Below, piece after piece: positions 50,694 through 62,757 of a stretch of 64,000 bases of DNA. Under the pieces are notes generated by a model, which was given only the letters and a program-made list of their open reading frames with translations, was not told the DNA's origin and ran no database searches. The stretch's first letter is position 1, and each line of letters starts with the position of its first letter. The stretch spans positions 1-64,000 of the forward strand of contig NW_020844270.1 of assembly GCF_003704095.1 (NCBI RefSeq). The letters run 5' to 3'. The stretch comes from Pocillopora damicornis (Eukaryota). Position numbers and translations under genes: made by a program.

Positions 50694-51662
50694 ATGGTGT
50701 CGAGAAGTGAGGCAATTGTTTGGTCGGCTGTCTTCATGACAGAGGCTCTGACGATCGTCGCTGGTAACGTGTTCTCGATAGTCAAATTTACTGGAACTGG
50801 TAAACTGCACAGGCGCAGTTCATATTTGTTGATAAATCTGGCAGCAGCGGACACCCTTGTCGGAGCATGCGCTGTTCCGATGTTCGTTTACTTCATTGGG
50901 GGACAGGCGCAATTGTGGCCAGTAAGCTTAGAAACTCCTTTGACCGCCTACAAAGCGGTGGATGTCATTTCAGGCCTTGCTTCGATTTTGTCTCTTACGC
51001 TGATATCTTTGGAAAGGCTTTGGGCAACGTGGTGGCCGTTACGTCACAGATTGATACGAACACGAGAATACGTGGTGGGAATTATGTTCGTGTGGTTTCT
51101 TGCTTTTGCCATCATAGCCATTGAATTACTCACTCGCCACATCCCTTTAAGATTTATCTTTTATAGTTCTGTTGTTATCCTCTCTATTTGTTGTGTGATA
51201 GTTTTCGTTACAAACTTAGTGATCTGGATTCAGGTTGGAAATCGGAAGATATCATCTCACTTTCGTAACGCAACTTTACAAGAGCGAAGACTGACTATTA
51301 CTTTACTTATCGTCACGCTTATATCTCTGTGTGCTTGGCTCCCATTTACGATTTTAAATATTGTAAATCAGCTTCAACCTGTTTCGGTGAGCTTGTCGCT
51401 AATTTATCTCACAAAGCTTTTGCATTATGGGAACTCGTGCGCCAATGTTTTCGTGTATTCGCTGAGGATCGCCGAGTTTAAGAGGGCTTTTACGAAGATG
51501 TTGTGTCGCGATCAGTCTTTTATCAGCGAGAAAGCTGTACTGCTTCGTGCTCAGGTGGCACGTTTGTCAAAAGATACCACAGCTCTTGAGATGGGAATTT
51601 TGAAATCCAATCGTTTGAAATCCAAGGTAAAGAATTTAAAGGGCAGTCTCATTGCGTCATGA
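50694..51662 (+). CDS. Orphan class A GPCR, 322 aa, single coding exon
   Basis: 7 TM segments; GN, NLAAAD, SLERL, CAWLP and TKLLHYGNSCANVFVY motifs. Polypyrimidine/AG acceptor at 50655 just upstream. Confidence 0.93.
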   Translation: MVSRSEAIVWSAVFMTEALTIVAGNVFSIVKFTGTGKLHRRSSYLLINLAAADTLVGACAVPMFVYFIGGQAQLWPVSLETPLTAYKAVDVISGLASILSLTLISLERLWATWWPLRHRLIRTREYVVGIMFVWFLAFAIIAIELLTRHIPLRFIFYSSVVILSICCVIVFVTNLVIWIQVGNRKISSHFRNATLQERRLTITLLIVTLISLCAWLPFTILNIVNQLQPVSVSLSLIYLTKLLHYGNSCANVFVYSLRIAEFKRAFTKMLCRDQSFISEKAVLLRAQVARLSKDTTALEMGILKSNRLKSKVKNLKGSLIAS

Positions 51663-54600
51663 TCTGCAGTTGATAATAGGACATGTTTATTGAAGGCAGG
51701 TATGGGATCAGCCAACCCTATTTTTAATTCAGAAAAAGCTCTCCCTATCCACATCCAACCTTCGAAATAAATAAGATAGGGTTACAGAGCCCCCTTGAAT
51801 TTTCGTTGTAGGTAAAAGTGTTTGAAAAATGGGAAAAACTTAAGTATTGAGTGTATTTGGTCATTAGTGGATCAATGATAGCACATGATGTAGATTTAAT
51901 TTATTTTCACGCCAAATGGCTTTTCAATTTCTAATTAAGGTTGGGAAATTGATGAAGTAAATAGTATCTAAAGCATAATTCTTACAGAAGACCATCATCA
52001 CCATAGCTATTGGCACATAATTTGTGTCCTTCGACTTACCTTGAGGAATTGAGGAATTTCTTCCCTGTCTGTCCCATACTCTCTCCGCCCCCTAAAATGT
52101 TTTGAAAATTAAAAAATTAAACTCCCTAATGCTAAAATGCTTTCAAAACATTTTTCTGTAGTGTCTGGCCCTGGTTTTATATAGTTACTTGCAGTGTCAT
52201 GGTGGATTTTTTTGACTCGGGCGATTAACTTTTCACTTTAATTGTAGAAAAAATTATCATAATAATAATAATAAGATTAATAATAAAAAGAAGAAATAGT
52301 CAAACGACCTTATCTTTCTCCAAGTTTATTCACCTTTCTGTCGTTTTTCGGGCCTTGTTACAAATCATTCTTCTTCGATAGCATATTCTGATAACACGAC
52401 ATGAAGCCCCTTTTCAATTTTAATTTGCACTCATTAATTACTTTTTGGCAGTGGGGTGTTTGATCTCTTCATTAGAGTAAAACCATTTTATTTGCTGTTT
52501 TGTCCATGTCAACTGTGAGTGCACTGTGTTATATAAATAAGGTAATGGGGAAATCTCAATCCTTCCACTACTGATTGGAAAGCTGCTACAATTAGAAAGC
52601 TTTTTTAAACTACTGGCAGCTTGGTTTGGAAGGAATAGAAAGGTCAGTGTAAAGTTGCCTTGAGTTTAATCCCTTTAATTTATTTGATACCAAATAATGC
52701 TCACTTAATCTGAGATGCAGCGAAACTGCTCCTACATGACAGCTAATTCTCTAAAACTGTTCAAAAAATGCAAATCATGAAAGATGTAAGTTGATCAAAT
52801 GTTCAGCAAAAAATTTCAAAGCTGTTAAGAATTTAGGATTGTGATGTTATTAAGGTAACTTCGAGTTTTCCATCGGTACTCTTTTTCCGTATCATCTAAC
52901 ATATTACTATTCACACCTGCCCCTTGGACGCGAAAAAAATTCCATTTATTGACGCCTCGGTTTCCATGTTCAAAACTGTGGATCACTTTTAGGTACCTTG
53001 AACTGAAAACGGCCAAAGTTTCTCAGCTTGTTTAAGTAAAATCGGTATTAATCTTTTCATTGAAAATTGTGGACGCTTTTGCCTTTTTACGTGTATTAAA
53101 TTGTGAAAAAATGTTTTAACTTAAAAAATTTCCTTCATTCTGGGGTAATTTCATTCGTTGCTTACCTATCACAAATAATGCGATGGATCAGTTTTTTTTT
53201 TTTTAACAAGGTTTAAATACGATTTTGAAATTTTTCCTGTGACTTGAGTTCTCAGTCAATTTAGGTTTTGGCTTTGCGCTCATCAGGGGTTCTGAGCAGT
53301 AATAGATATACACATGACACCATACAATTGTCAAACCGACTTCCGCTGTCATTACCGATATATCATTTTTCGCTATAGAGCAAATCTTCTGATTGCACGT
53401 TATAATTGAAAAGATTTGGCTGACAAGCCGAACTTAAGTATAAGTCACTTTTTTTTCGTGCGTTAATGGAGTTTGTATGGTTCATCCGACAGCAGACATT
53501 TTCCTATCAGAATTCGAGTATAGAACTCAGGCTGTTTTTGTTAATTCTTACCTGTGTCAATAATAAGTGAAAAAAGCACTTTGTGCCAAAATCATGGACG
53601 AGTCCAATGGAGCGAATAATTTCAGGCAAATCAGTTCGTTGTCATCATTCAATCACTCTTACCTGATCGTGCCATTTATCTGAACAGGCAAAGTAATTGT
53701 CGGTTGGTTAACAATATCCTGACTCTCTCTTACCGCAAATAGTTCCCCTTCACAGGCAAATGCATGCGAACTTACTACAGGATCGGGTTTATGGCAGAAT
53801 AATTAATAGTTGTCCAACATGTACGGCGGATATATTTCATATTGTTGAAACTGATCGATTTTGACGTTTGAACCGAGAAAAGAAGAACAACAACGAACTT
53901 TCAGTGATCGTTAAAATTGACAACAAGAGCAAAACATAAAGGTAAGGAAAATGAAGCTGCACTTTTCTTCTCAATTGCGTAGTGAAAAATAATTTGGCTG
54001 ATTTTGCAAGCCTTGCAAGGCTTATTGAGCCACGCAGGCTAATAATCCTTCAATATGGTTACTATGTAAAGCGAAACTAGCTCTACGCTCCAACAGGACG
54101 GGGTGGCGGAGCGTAAGGGGCGGGGAGTGGGCTCAACCTTCACCAAGCCAAGTGCATGCCTTATTGAAATCCCAAAATGTTCTTTGTCCAGTGCATCTAT
54201 GATTGATTTTTAACATTGTATTAGTGGACATTTATTCAAAACAAAAAGTGTCTTGCAGAGTAGCAGTTTAGTGTGCCATTCTGATAAAACGATTTGTGAT
54301 AAGATCACATCACGGAATAGGTAAGGAAGCTGGTGGTATACTTCGATAACGATGACTGAGCCTCCTCCCCCACTGCCCGCCCAAAATATTTTCTTTTGGG
54401 CTGTGCTTGACTGCTGTTCCGCGACCTCTGCAACTAGCAAACCCTTATTAACATGTTAATGAATACTTCATACCTAGCATCAGAAAATAATCTAGAAAAC
54501 ACAGCACATTGGAATCAAGCGACAGTTTATGTACTTTTGTGGAAACGTTTGGTATTCTTCGTGTTTATTTGCTGGGCGAACACCGACTCCAATTTATTTT

Positions 54601-57600
54601 CAAAAACAAATACAGTGCCGAATAATTTGTCTGTGTTAAAGAGCAGGATAGAATATCTATATTGTCCATTAAATGCAGAGCTATGTCAAATACTTAAAAA
54701 CTGGAATTATTCCCAGATTTTGGAGTTTTTTCTCTGTCAAAATTTTTCTTTTGCTCGAAACAGCCCACGTCTATTAACAAAACTTAGCTTGAAATTGGTA
54801 GAATGAAGTTGATGTCAACTAATGTAATTGCTTCTGTCGCTTTTCTTAATTTGTTCAAATCTCATTTTTTCACAGTCGGCGGTCTTAAATTAAAGACCTC
54901 CACTAGAATTCTCAACAACCATTCTCAGTTCAGGAAATCAATTTTAAATCCTTAAAATTTCCATCTCAATAGTCAAGGGTCTCAGATAAATCTGTTGAAT
55001 ATTTTAAACGACTGTTAACTTGAAAGCAACCGGCGGAGTTAGGTATTTACAAGCAATATAACGATTCATATCGTAAAGACAAAAAAGAAAAAGGATGTGG
55101 AAAATATTAAAACATCTGGATCTTATCGCAAGAAGAGGACGAGTTTACGATATGAGCCAGTTGGAGCTTGATTCCGTCAATTTTTTGCACCACTACTCCA
55201 AAGAGCTGCTGGAAAAATTCAAAATTTGATCACGTCTTTAATAAGGTATGAATAACAGAGTAGGTCATTATAAAGTAGGTCATTTAGTTGAACAAATGGA
55301 ACGATATTACCAATTCAGAAGACAAAAAAAAAAGAGTGAACTTCGCTTCAGTGGAGTGTGCGGCATGTTTGAGTTCTCTGGCTTATTCCAGCCGAAACAT
55401 TCTACACTAATGTATGAATCAAAATACAATTATTCCGGCGTCTTTGATAGGATCAGCTTAAGGCAATGATAAGACCTGTTAAATAACAAAATTCACCGCG
55501 CAGTTAATGATAGTTGCTTTTAGACAACATTGGCCTTCTTGGTGCTTCAATTTTAGTGCTGAAGTGACTTTGCAGTAATTAACGATTATGAAATAAATTC
55601 GTTCAACGCACAAATGCATCCGCAGAATTCGATGGGATAAATTCAAGAAGCTTATAAATCTTCGCTTATTGCAATTCAGCTCACTTTGAGTGGAAAAAAG
55701 TTTACCCGTGAAAGGTGCCTTATGAGGTTCAGCAGGGATGTCGTTTTCCTTTTGAAATAAGTGCAAAATCGAGGTCGCATGGGAAATTATTCACAATTAC
55801 CTCTTGCTTATGTTCTCTAAATATTGAAAGGTTTATTTTCTTGGGCTCATTTATGTCATCTCAATTCTGTCATTTCAAGTCCTTTTTATCACACTCCATT
55901 TCGAAATTCTAAGTTTGATTTCTGGAAATTCTTCAAACACAAGTTAAAGTGATTCACATTAAAAAATGTCTGTACTGTTATCGACTACAATTTCAAAGGT
56001 AGATGAATTCGCTTCACCCGAGTCTAAGAACATTACGCTTGAAGTTTCTTCGTCAACCATAGAAAGTTCACAGCGCGTGACTTTTACAGCCTGAAACCAA
56101 TTGGATGATCTTTAAATTTAAGAAACATTGAAGGAGAATGAGATTTAAATCGCTTTCAGCAATCTTTTCACGCGATTTCTGAGGAGGGCTCCTCAGTAAT
56201 CACTTTTGAATATCGGGGGTAATTAAGTGTTTTGGGTAAAGACTCGTCTCCAGGTCATTTAGTAATTATCATTTGTCCGGAGGACTTTAAGCGGCGTCAA
56301 AATAACGCAAGATACGTTAATTAATATATATATAAGTAGACGTATTTAAGCTAAGAAGGAGATCTTGGATTTTGAAGAAGGAGCTGACAATGGCTTAAAT
56401 GATCATAGTCGGTTTGACTCGATAAACAGTCAACCTTCTTCTTGATCCGCCTTCATGGAGGGGGGAAATATCAAAAATCTTTCTCTTTGTTCAGATTCCA
56501 TGACCAGCGCAGTCAATTTTGCTTTAGTACAGTCTCTAAGTTATGTCCCACAGGTTAGTGAGATTAGCAACAGGCCAGGCTGAAACGAAATACACAAGTT
56601 CAATTTACACGTTCTTTAAGTCGTAGTTACAAAAAAGTTTAAAACATATAAACTAGAGGTTCTGCCCATTACTAAGGGCTTCCAAGCAACAGAGATGTTT
56701 CGTTTCCGACGTTAACCCTAGGCTCCTGCACCTTATATGGTCCACATTTCTTTCAAGAATTGTCAGGAAAAACGATTTTTCACCAGTGTCATTTTCTTCA
56801 TAGCTCAGTTATTTTTGGAGAATTGCACTGGTATTGTGAGATACTGTTTCAAAATCTGATTGGGTCTGGAGTTCATTTCAGGCCCTCTTTTGTGATTTTT
56901 TTAGGTTGGGAGACATGGTCAAATCCTTGTTTTGTCGGGCCTGATCCATCGTTATTTAGTCAGAAAATAAGCAAATCAATAGAAAGTACTACTACCAAGA
57001 CCATACGATTTCGATACTGACTGTCGGCTTATTTACACAAACGTGCGGTGAGAACTTGACCCGATCAAGATCCGAGTAAAGATGAAATGAATCTTTCATC
57101 GTCTCTTTATCCCACTAAAAACCATCGTAATGAAATTTTCAATTATAGGCCCATTCGAAAGAACTCTTTTTAGTTTTATGAAAAAAAGAAGCATTATTTC
57201 AACGATCGTGATTATAATGCCTTGTGTTAAGAGGTTTCCCAGGGGTATTAATTAGGTAAATAACGATGACAAAAGTTAATTATGCGATCGGGTTGCTTTA
57301 ATTCGTTGAAACGATAAGGTCTGCTTTGAATTTATATTTACCTTCGTAAGGTGCAAAGACTACTCAGAACTACAGGGCTTACAGAATAAGTTCCTCTTTA
57401 AAGCGATTTCTGGTTACGTAACTCACCGTAAACTATGCGGTACTTTATCACATATAAAGTTTCAGGAAGTCAGTTTTATTGATCAGGTTTTTAACTAAGT
57501 TTGTGCGGCGGATTTCAATTAAACCGCGAATTTCCACAGGTTCATTTTAAGTGACGCAGTCCTCGCTGTGCAGTTTGAAAACCTTGGGCGATATCTGGTT

Positions 57601-58819
57601 CGTTATCATTGGTCAGAAGACGGTGAGCCATTGATTATTGCATTCCCAACATGGCTTTTATATTCAATTGTGTTTTGACTATGTTAGTTTGGCCAGAAGT
57701 CATCCAATATTTGCTGATAACAGATTTCCTTCCAATAAAACGTAATGATCAAAACACAATCTAAGAGGTAGAATATATCTTAATTCCCTCGGAAACAAAG
57801 TTTACTAAGTTTACTAAGGATAGACCATTTCTCCGCTACCTCTAAAATAGATTATTCACGAATACCCTTACTCCAATACATAACAACGGAGGATGTTTAA
57901 TTATCAAGAAATCCATCATGAAAAACAATCGAAACCTGAAGTAGTCATATATTGGGTCACTACAAATCAAATAAAAAGACGTGCAAGATTTAACATTCTT
58001 CAACGTGTAAAAGAAATTCTAAGAGATACATTTATTTTATATATATATATATATTGTCTGTGCGTCGTATGTGCAGCTTTCTACACTTGTTTTAAAATTT
58101 TTTCGTAAAATTGTGAGTGGGTTCTGCTCGATAATCCCTGTTTTCGTGAAGAACAAGTTCAATTTGGGCTTCAATAGTTAATAAGCGGCCAGCCAAGAAC
58201 ACAGACAAAACGTACCACGTCATAACCAATGATTTTAAATCAACAAATTTTGCTGGAGGAAAATACAATAATTCAAGTTTAAGAAGAAAATTTATTAAAT
58301 AGCATAAATTTTACAAACGATTTTTTGCCAGGGTTTGTTTTTAAATGTTCGAAGAAACATTTCAATGATGCTCATTACTTCATTTTGTAATTTTCACGTT
58401 ACTTTCACCTTTTGGGCCTTGTGTCAAACAGCAACGGCTGCTATTGAATGCATAATTAAAAGGAGGCTTATAACTTTTGAGAATATTCTTTATTTGATTA
58501 GATTTCTCATGCGAGAGAGTTACCGTCAATGAAAGTCATATATTGTCTTCGATCAAAGTAAGAAACATACAATTGCCTGCATTGGCCGCTCCTTAATATT
58601 GGTATATTGATATTTCAACTTTTGGCCGCCCCGCCAGGCCATTCGGATGTTAACAATTTATTCTTCTTGTCTTAGAGCGTATTATATTTCCCACAACTTA
58701 AATTCCGTAATCAATTCCTTTTAACCGACCAACGCTGTGTTTTACGGGAAACAAAGAGAACTCAATGCCAATTTTGTTTCTTTTTTCACAGGGGATCTTT
58801 AACAAATTCAAGAAAAAAA

Positions 58820-59878
58820 ATGAATTGGAGTAACACCACGATACCTTCACCTGCGAGCACGAGGGCACATCCATGGTTCGTGGTCTTCTGTGTCGAAGCG
58901 TTTATCGTTGTATGTGGTAATCTTATCACTATTTTGGCATTTGTCTCAAGCAAATCCTCGAGAAAAAGTAAATTCATGCTGCTTACTAATCTTTCCGTAG
59001 CAGACATGTTAGTCGGCGCTTTTCCTTTGCCTTTATATTTAGCTTACCTAGGAGAAGAAATGTCCTTTTGGAACATTCACTGGGGACTGGCTTTGGATAT
59101 AACTTTGTTCGGGCTGGATGTTCTTCTTGGATTTGCATCTCTGACAACTCTTACAGTGATTTCTCTTGAACGTGTCTACGCCGCTTTGGTTCCAGTTGGT
59201 TATCGCGGTCTCAGTTCGCGAAATTATTTGTTTTCCATCGCGTTGATTTGGTCTGTTGCTTCGACCACCACAGTCGTTTACCTTGTGAGTAATTTTGTGC
59301 TTAACTCCATGAAAATCGCAACCTATGTATCCATGTCTCTGCTGAGCGTGCTCTGTATTGTGATAAGTGTCTCGTATTTGACAATATGGCGCCGAATCAA
59401 ATCGAAAAGAAGGTTCATTCGTCAAAAGTCGAGCGAGTATGAAAACAAACTAGCTTTGACATTGTTTATTGTGACACTCACCTCGCTTGCAGCCTGGCTT
59501 CCCTTTGTTATTGTTAACGTTCTGTTCGTGTTTTCATCGGTTCATTTTAGTTTCAATTTTTTTTATTTTTCCAAAGTACTTCACTATGGAAACTCCTTCG
59601 TTAATCCTTTAGTTTACAGCTTAAGGATGCCAGAGTTTCGCAGCTCGGTAGTTCGAATTTTCTGCACGAGTTATAGGCAGAGGAAAGGCGCCGCCAGCTG
59701 TCAGCGCAGCGTTACTGAAGATGTTCAAAGTACCTCTCGATCACCTCGATGCAAAACACAAAAGGATGAATTGAGTACGCCCACTAAAAGCAAAAATACC
59801 ACAGTAACCTGGAGAAAAGGTAATCCCCAGGAAGTCTCGGTTCTACTTACTGACCTGGGAGACACTGAAAAGTTTTGA
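58820..59878 (+). CDS. Orphan class A GPCR, 352 aa, single coding exon
   Basis: N-glycosylation sequons NWS and NTT; GN, NLSVAD, SLERV, AWLP and SKVLHYGNSFVNPLVY motifs; Ser/Thr-rich tail. Acceptor TTTTCACAG at 58791. Confidence 0.94.
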   Translation: MNWSNTTIPSPASTRAHPWFVVFCVEAFIVVCGNLITILAFVSSKSSRKSKFMLLTNLSVADMLVGAFPLPLYLAYLGEEMSFWNIHWGLALDITLFGLDVLLGFASLTTLTVISLERVYAALVPVGYRGLSSRNYLFSIALIWSVASTTTVVYLVSNFVLNSMKIATYVSMSLLSVLCIVISVSYLTIWRRIKSKRRFIRQKSSEYENKLALTLFIVTLTSLAAWLPFVIVNVLFVFSSVHFSFNFFYFSKVLHYGNSFVNPLVYSLRMPEFRSSVVRIFCTSYRQRKGAASCQRSVTEDVQSTSRSPRCKTQKDELSTPTKSKNTTVTWRKGNPQEVSVLLTDLGDTEKF

Positions 59879-60888
59879 TGATTCAAATAAACAAACTTCG
59901 AATCAGATTTATCTCTGGCTTTTCTTTCATTCCTTTCAAACTGTCACAGTGGATTTACACAGAGAAGAACTCGAAGTTTATCCTTTTTTTCATTCGAGTG
60001 AAAGGCCAGGAGAAGATTCACATAAGTAGCTTTACGAAAGTAATTTTGCTTGGCTGTTGCCCAATCTTGTACTGCGCTGGATCTGCCTCACCTCGCCTCG
60101 ATCGACCATGGCCACACTTTGTCATCGTCTTCTTCCCGCGCTGTAGGTCTTTTGCATGTGACTTTTTTATTGGTTCTTCGTGGTGTTGAATTTTTCTCTG
60201 GTTGGCTCTGTTTTTTTTTTGTTTTGTTTTTTTTATTTTGATGGCCGAACTGAAAGGGCTCTTCGCGCTTGATCATCTTTATTGTGGAATCCTCTTTTTC
60301 TGCTTTTAATTTCAGAAGTCATGATTTCACATTTGGGGTAACAGGAAAACGAGGACTCGGGTACACCGTGTTTTTAGGCTTAATATAGTCTTTTTCTCTT
60401 CAACAAATAACGTACTCAATAGAATACTGGTCCGTATACCTCAATGTGTACAAAAAAACTAACTTTTAATGACTTAATAATCATTTATAAGTCAAAGTGA
60501 CACTTGAAATGTAATTAAGTTGTTTTAGTAATCTTGGGGCGTGTAAAATTTTTAGTCATCTTGAACCTTATCAATAAAGAACGCGTTTGAAATACTGTAA
60601 TGAACTTATTAGGCATGCCATGTGGCGTAAAAACTCTTCGGGTTTAATTTTTCGCAGATATTGCAGATTGTCCTCCATAAGTATAAATTACTTCCTGCTA
60701 AAATGAAAATGATGACGACAAATAATAATGTTAATGATAGTGCTGTATGCCTTTAACACAATTAAAAAAAACTCCAGGGGAGTAGGCAAGAGTAAGTAAA
60801 GCTTAGCCTTAAGGAGCAACAAAGCAGCAAAAAGATTTTGCTGCTTTGTTACTCCTTAATGGTTGGTAAGTATGACCTTTCAAGGCTT

Positions 60889-61167
60889 AGAGCGTTTTCG
60901 ATTGAATGTCGTAAAACCAAGATCGACAAATCAGAAGAAAGGAAAATACCTTTAAGTTGACTCAAGAGCCAATGGGAACTCAAGGTAAGAATAAACAAAC
61001 TGCCTAAAGCGCGGGAAAACGCGAGCGACCAAGTCGTGATTGGTTTTAGTTTTGGATCTGATTGTTTGAGGGAGTGGTGCAAGTTTTCTGGGCCAATCAC
61101 AGTGAAAGTAAAGCAAAAACATTTCAATCTTGGATTACTTTCGACACTCAATTGAAAATTACTATAA
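60889..61167. mobile_element. MITE with TA-flanked degenerate TIRs
   Basis: TAGAGCGTTTTCGATTGAATGTCGTAAA versus TTTCGACACTCAATTGAAAATTACTATA. Related fragments at ~40228-40350, ~23890-23990 and ~25400-25530. Confidence 0.6.
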
Positions 61168-61794
61168 TAGAATCAAAAGAAAGGTGTCCGAGAAGTATAA
61201 CGTGTGTTAACTCAACAAGTAATAAAAGTTATGAATATCGTGCCTCCCTCCCTCCCTGTTCATTTCTTTTCTTCTGAAACTCAAATCGCGAAAATCAGTA
61301 GTTTCCAGGTTACATTTTAATAGCTTAAGCCACAAAGATTTGTTCCCGAAAAAAAGAAATAGAAATATCGCCATTCCGCAAAATAAAACTCACGCAAATG
61401 TTTTCTATGTGTACGGTAGCCTCTCTCTTCAGTTTTTCTTAGCTGTGCGCTAGCGCAACAAGGAACTTTTGTACGCCACTACCCTTGTTCTTCATGTTTC
61501 ATTGTCCCTGTGCTAACTACGAAGCAAATATTTCACATACTGATGTTCCCCTTCACTTTAACAGATACCGTTTTAGATGTCTCTAATGGGGAAGTTACTA
61601 ATTGAAATAACCTCATTTAAAACTAGATCTTCACTTAGTACTTTTCGGGTCGTAGCTTTCTTGTTAGAAATGAATCACACAGAGACGTACAATTTCCATC
61701 CGTCTGCGGCACTTAGTGCAATCAGATAAAAGGAAATTAAAAGACCTTTGTAGGGTGAATACCTATTGGCAACGTAATGAAAGGAGAGGCATAT

Positions 61795-62757
61795 TTAGAG
61801 AGCGGTTGTAGCTGTGTCACGGCAACTGTTTGACCTCCTACTTTGAAATAATGCCCTGTGTCGCTCAGGCTGTTCCATCCCATGGCGACGGAACACCAAG
61901 GCGTAAGCAGCGGCCTTGAAATTAGGGATCCGAAACCAGTAGATGAAAATACTACAGATGGAGTTGAAGAAGTGCAGGAGTTTGACCATGCTCACGAGTC
62001 GGACGTCATGACTGATGGTTTGCGCCACCAGGTTGATGGCACTCATAATCATGAAAGGCAACCACGCTAGTAAGGACACCACAGTGACCATCAAAGCGGT
62101 GACAGTGAAGCGATGGTTACGCTGCTCAGTTCCCTCATGATCATGAAGATTACGTGCCAGCCATTTCATTCTGCCCAACAGGATGGAATAGGACACAGTG
62201 ATGACCAGAAGCAGCACAGTAAGGAATGGCATCCAAACAAAAAAAGCAACCATGTTGGAATGAAGGACATGGAAACCAACCAGAGTCACCACAGGGATGC
62301 ACACTGCACACATCCATACCACAATAATGAGCTGTGTGGTGATTATCCTTTTACTGCTTCTGTATTTGAAAGGTAACAGCGTGGCTATAAGTCGTTCTAC
62401 AGCGATGCAGCCATGATTGGTAACAGAAGCAAACGCTCCTCCAATATCCAGGGCAGAGTAGGTGATGTGACCAGCCAGATGAGTGCTGTCTGCCCAGAGG
62501 TTGGCTTGAGCTCCAAAGAAGTACACCCACCCAGGTATGGGCACTGTGGCCACCAGCAAATCAGCTACAGCTAAATTAACCAGGAGGATGGACGTTTGAG
62601 CCCGGATTCGCTTGTTAGTGAGGAATATAGCGATTGTGGCCACGTTGCTTGTAATGGCCACCAAGGCTTCCACGCCGAAAATAACGCACCAAGCTATGAC
62701 TTCGCTTGGCGCTAACGATAAAGCTACAGTATCACTGGAGTTATCTGATCCTTCCAT
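61795..62757 (-). CDS. Orphan class A GPCR, 320 aa, single coding exon
   Basis: 7 TM segments; SN in TM1, NLAVAD, AVERL, AWLP and VKLLHFFNSICSIFIY. N-terminal sequon NSS; C-terminal TTAL. Acceptor TTTCCTAG at 62768. Confidence 0.92.
   Translation of the reverse strand: MEGSDNSSDTVALSLAPSEVIAWCVIFGVEALVAITSNVATIAIFLTNKRIRAQTSILLVNLAVADLLVATVPIPGWVYFFGAQANLWADSTHLAGHITYSALDIGGAFASVTNHGCIAVERLIATLLPFKYRSSKRIITTQLIIVVWMCAVCIPVVTLVGFHVLHSNMVAFFVWMPFLTVLLLVITVSYSILLGRMKWLARNLHDHEGTEQRNHRFTVTALMVTVVSLLAWLPFMIMSAINLVAQTISHDVRLVSMVKLLHFFNSICSIFIYWFRIPNFKAAAYALVFRRHGMEQPERHRALFQSRRSNSCRDTATTAL

Noticed and set aside
39189-62757. Opsin identity for the GPCRs because of the conserved TM7 lysine
   Set aside because: The lysine maps to 7.39; the retinal-binding lysine of opsins is 7.43, which is Tyr or Phe here.
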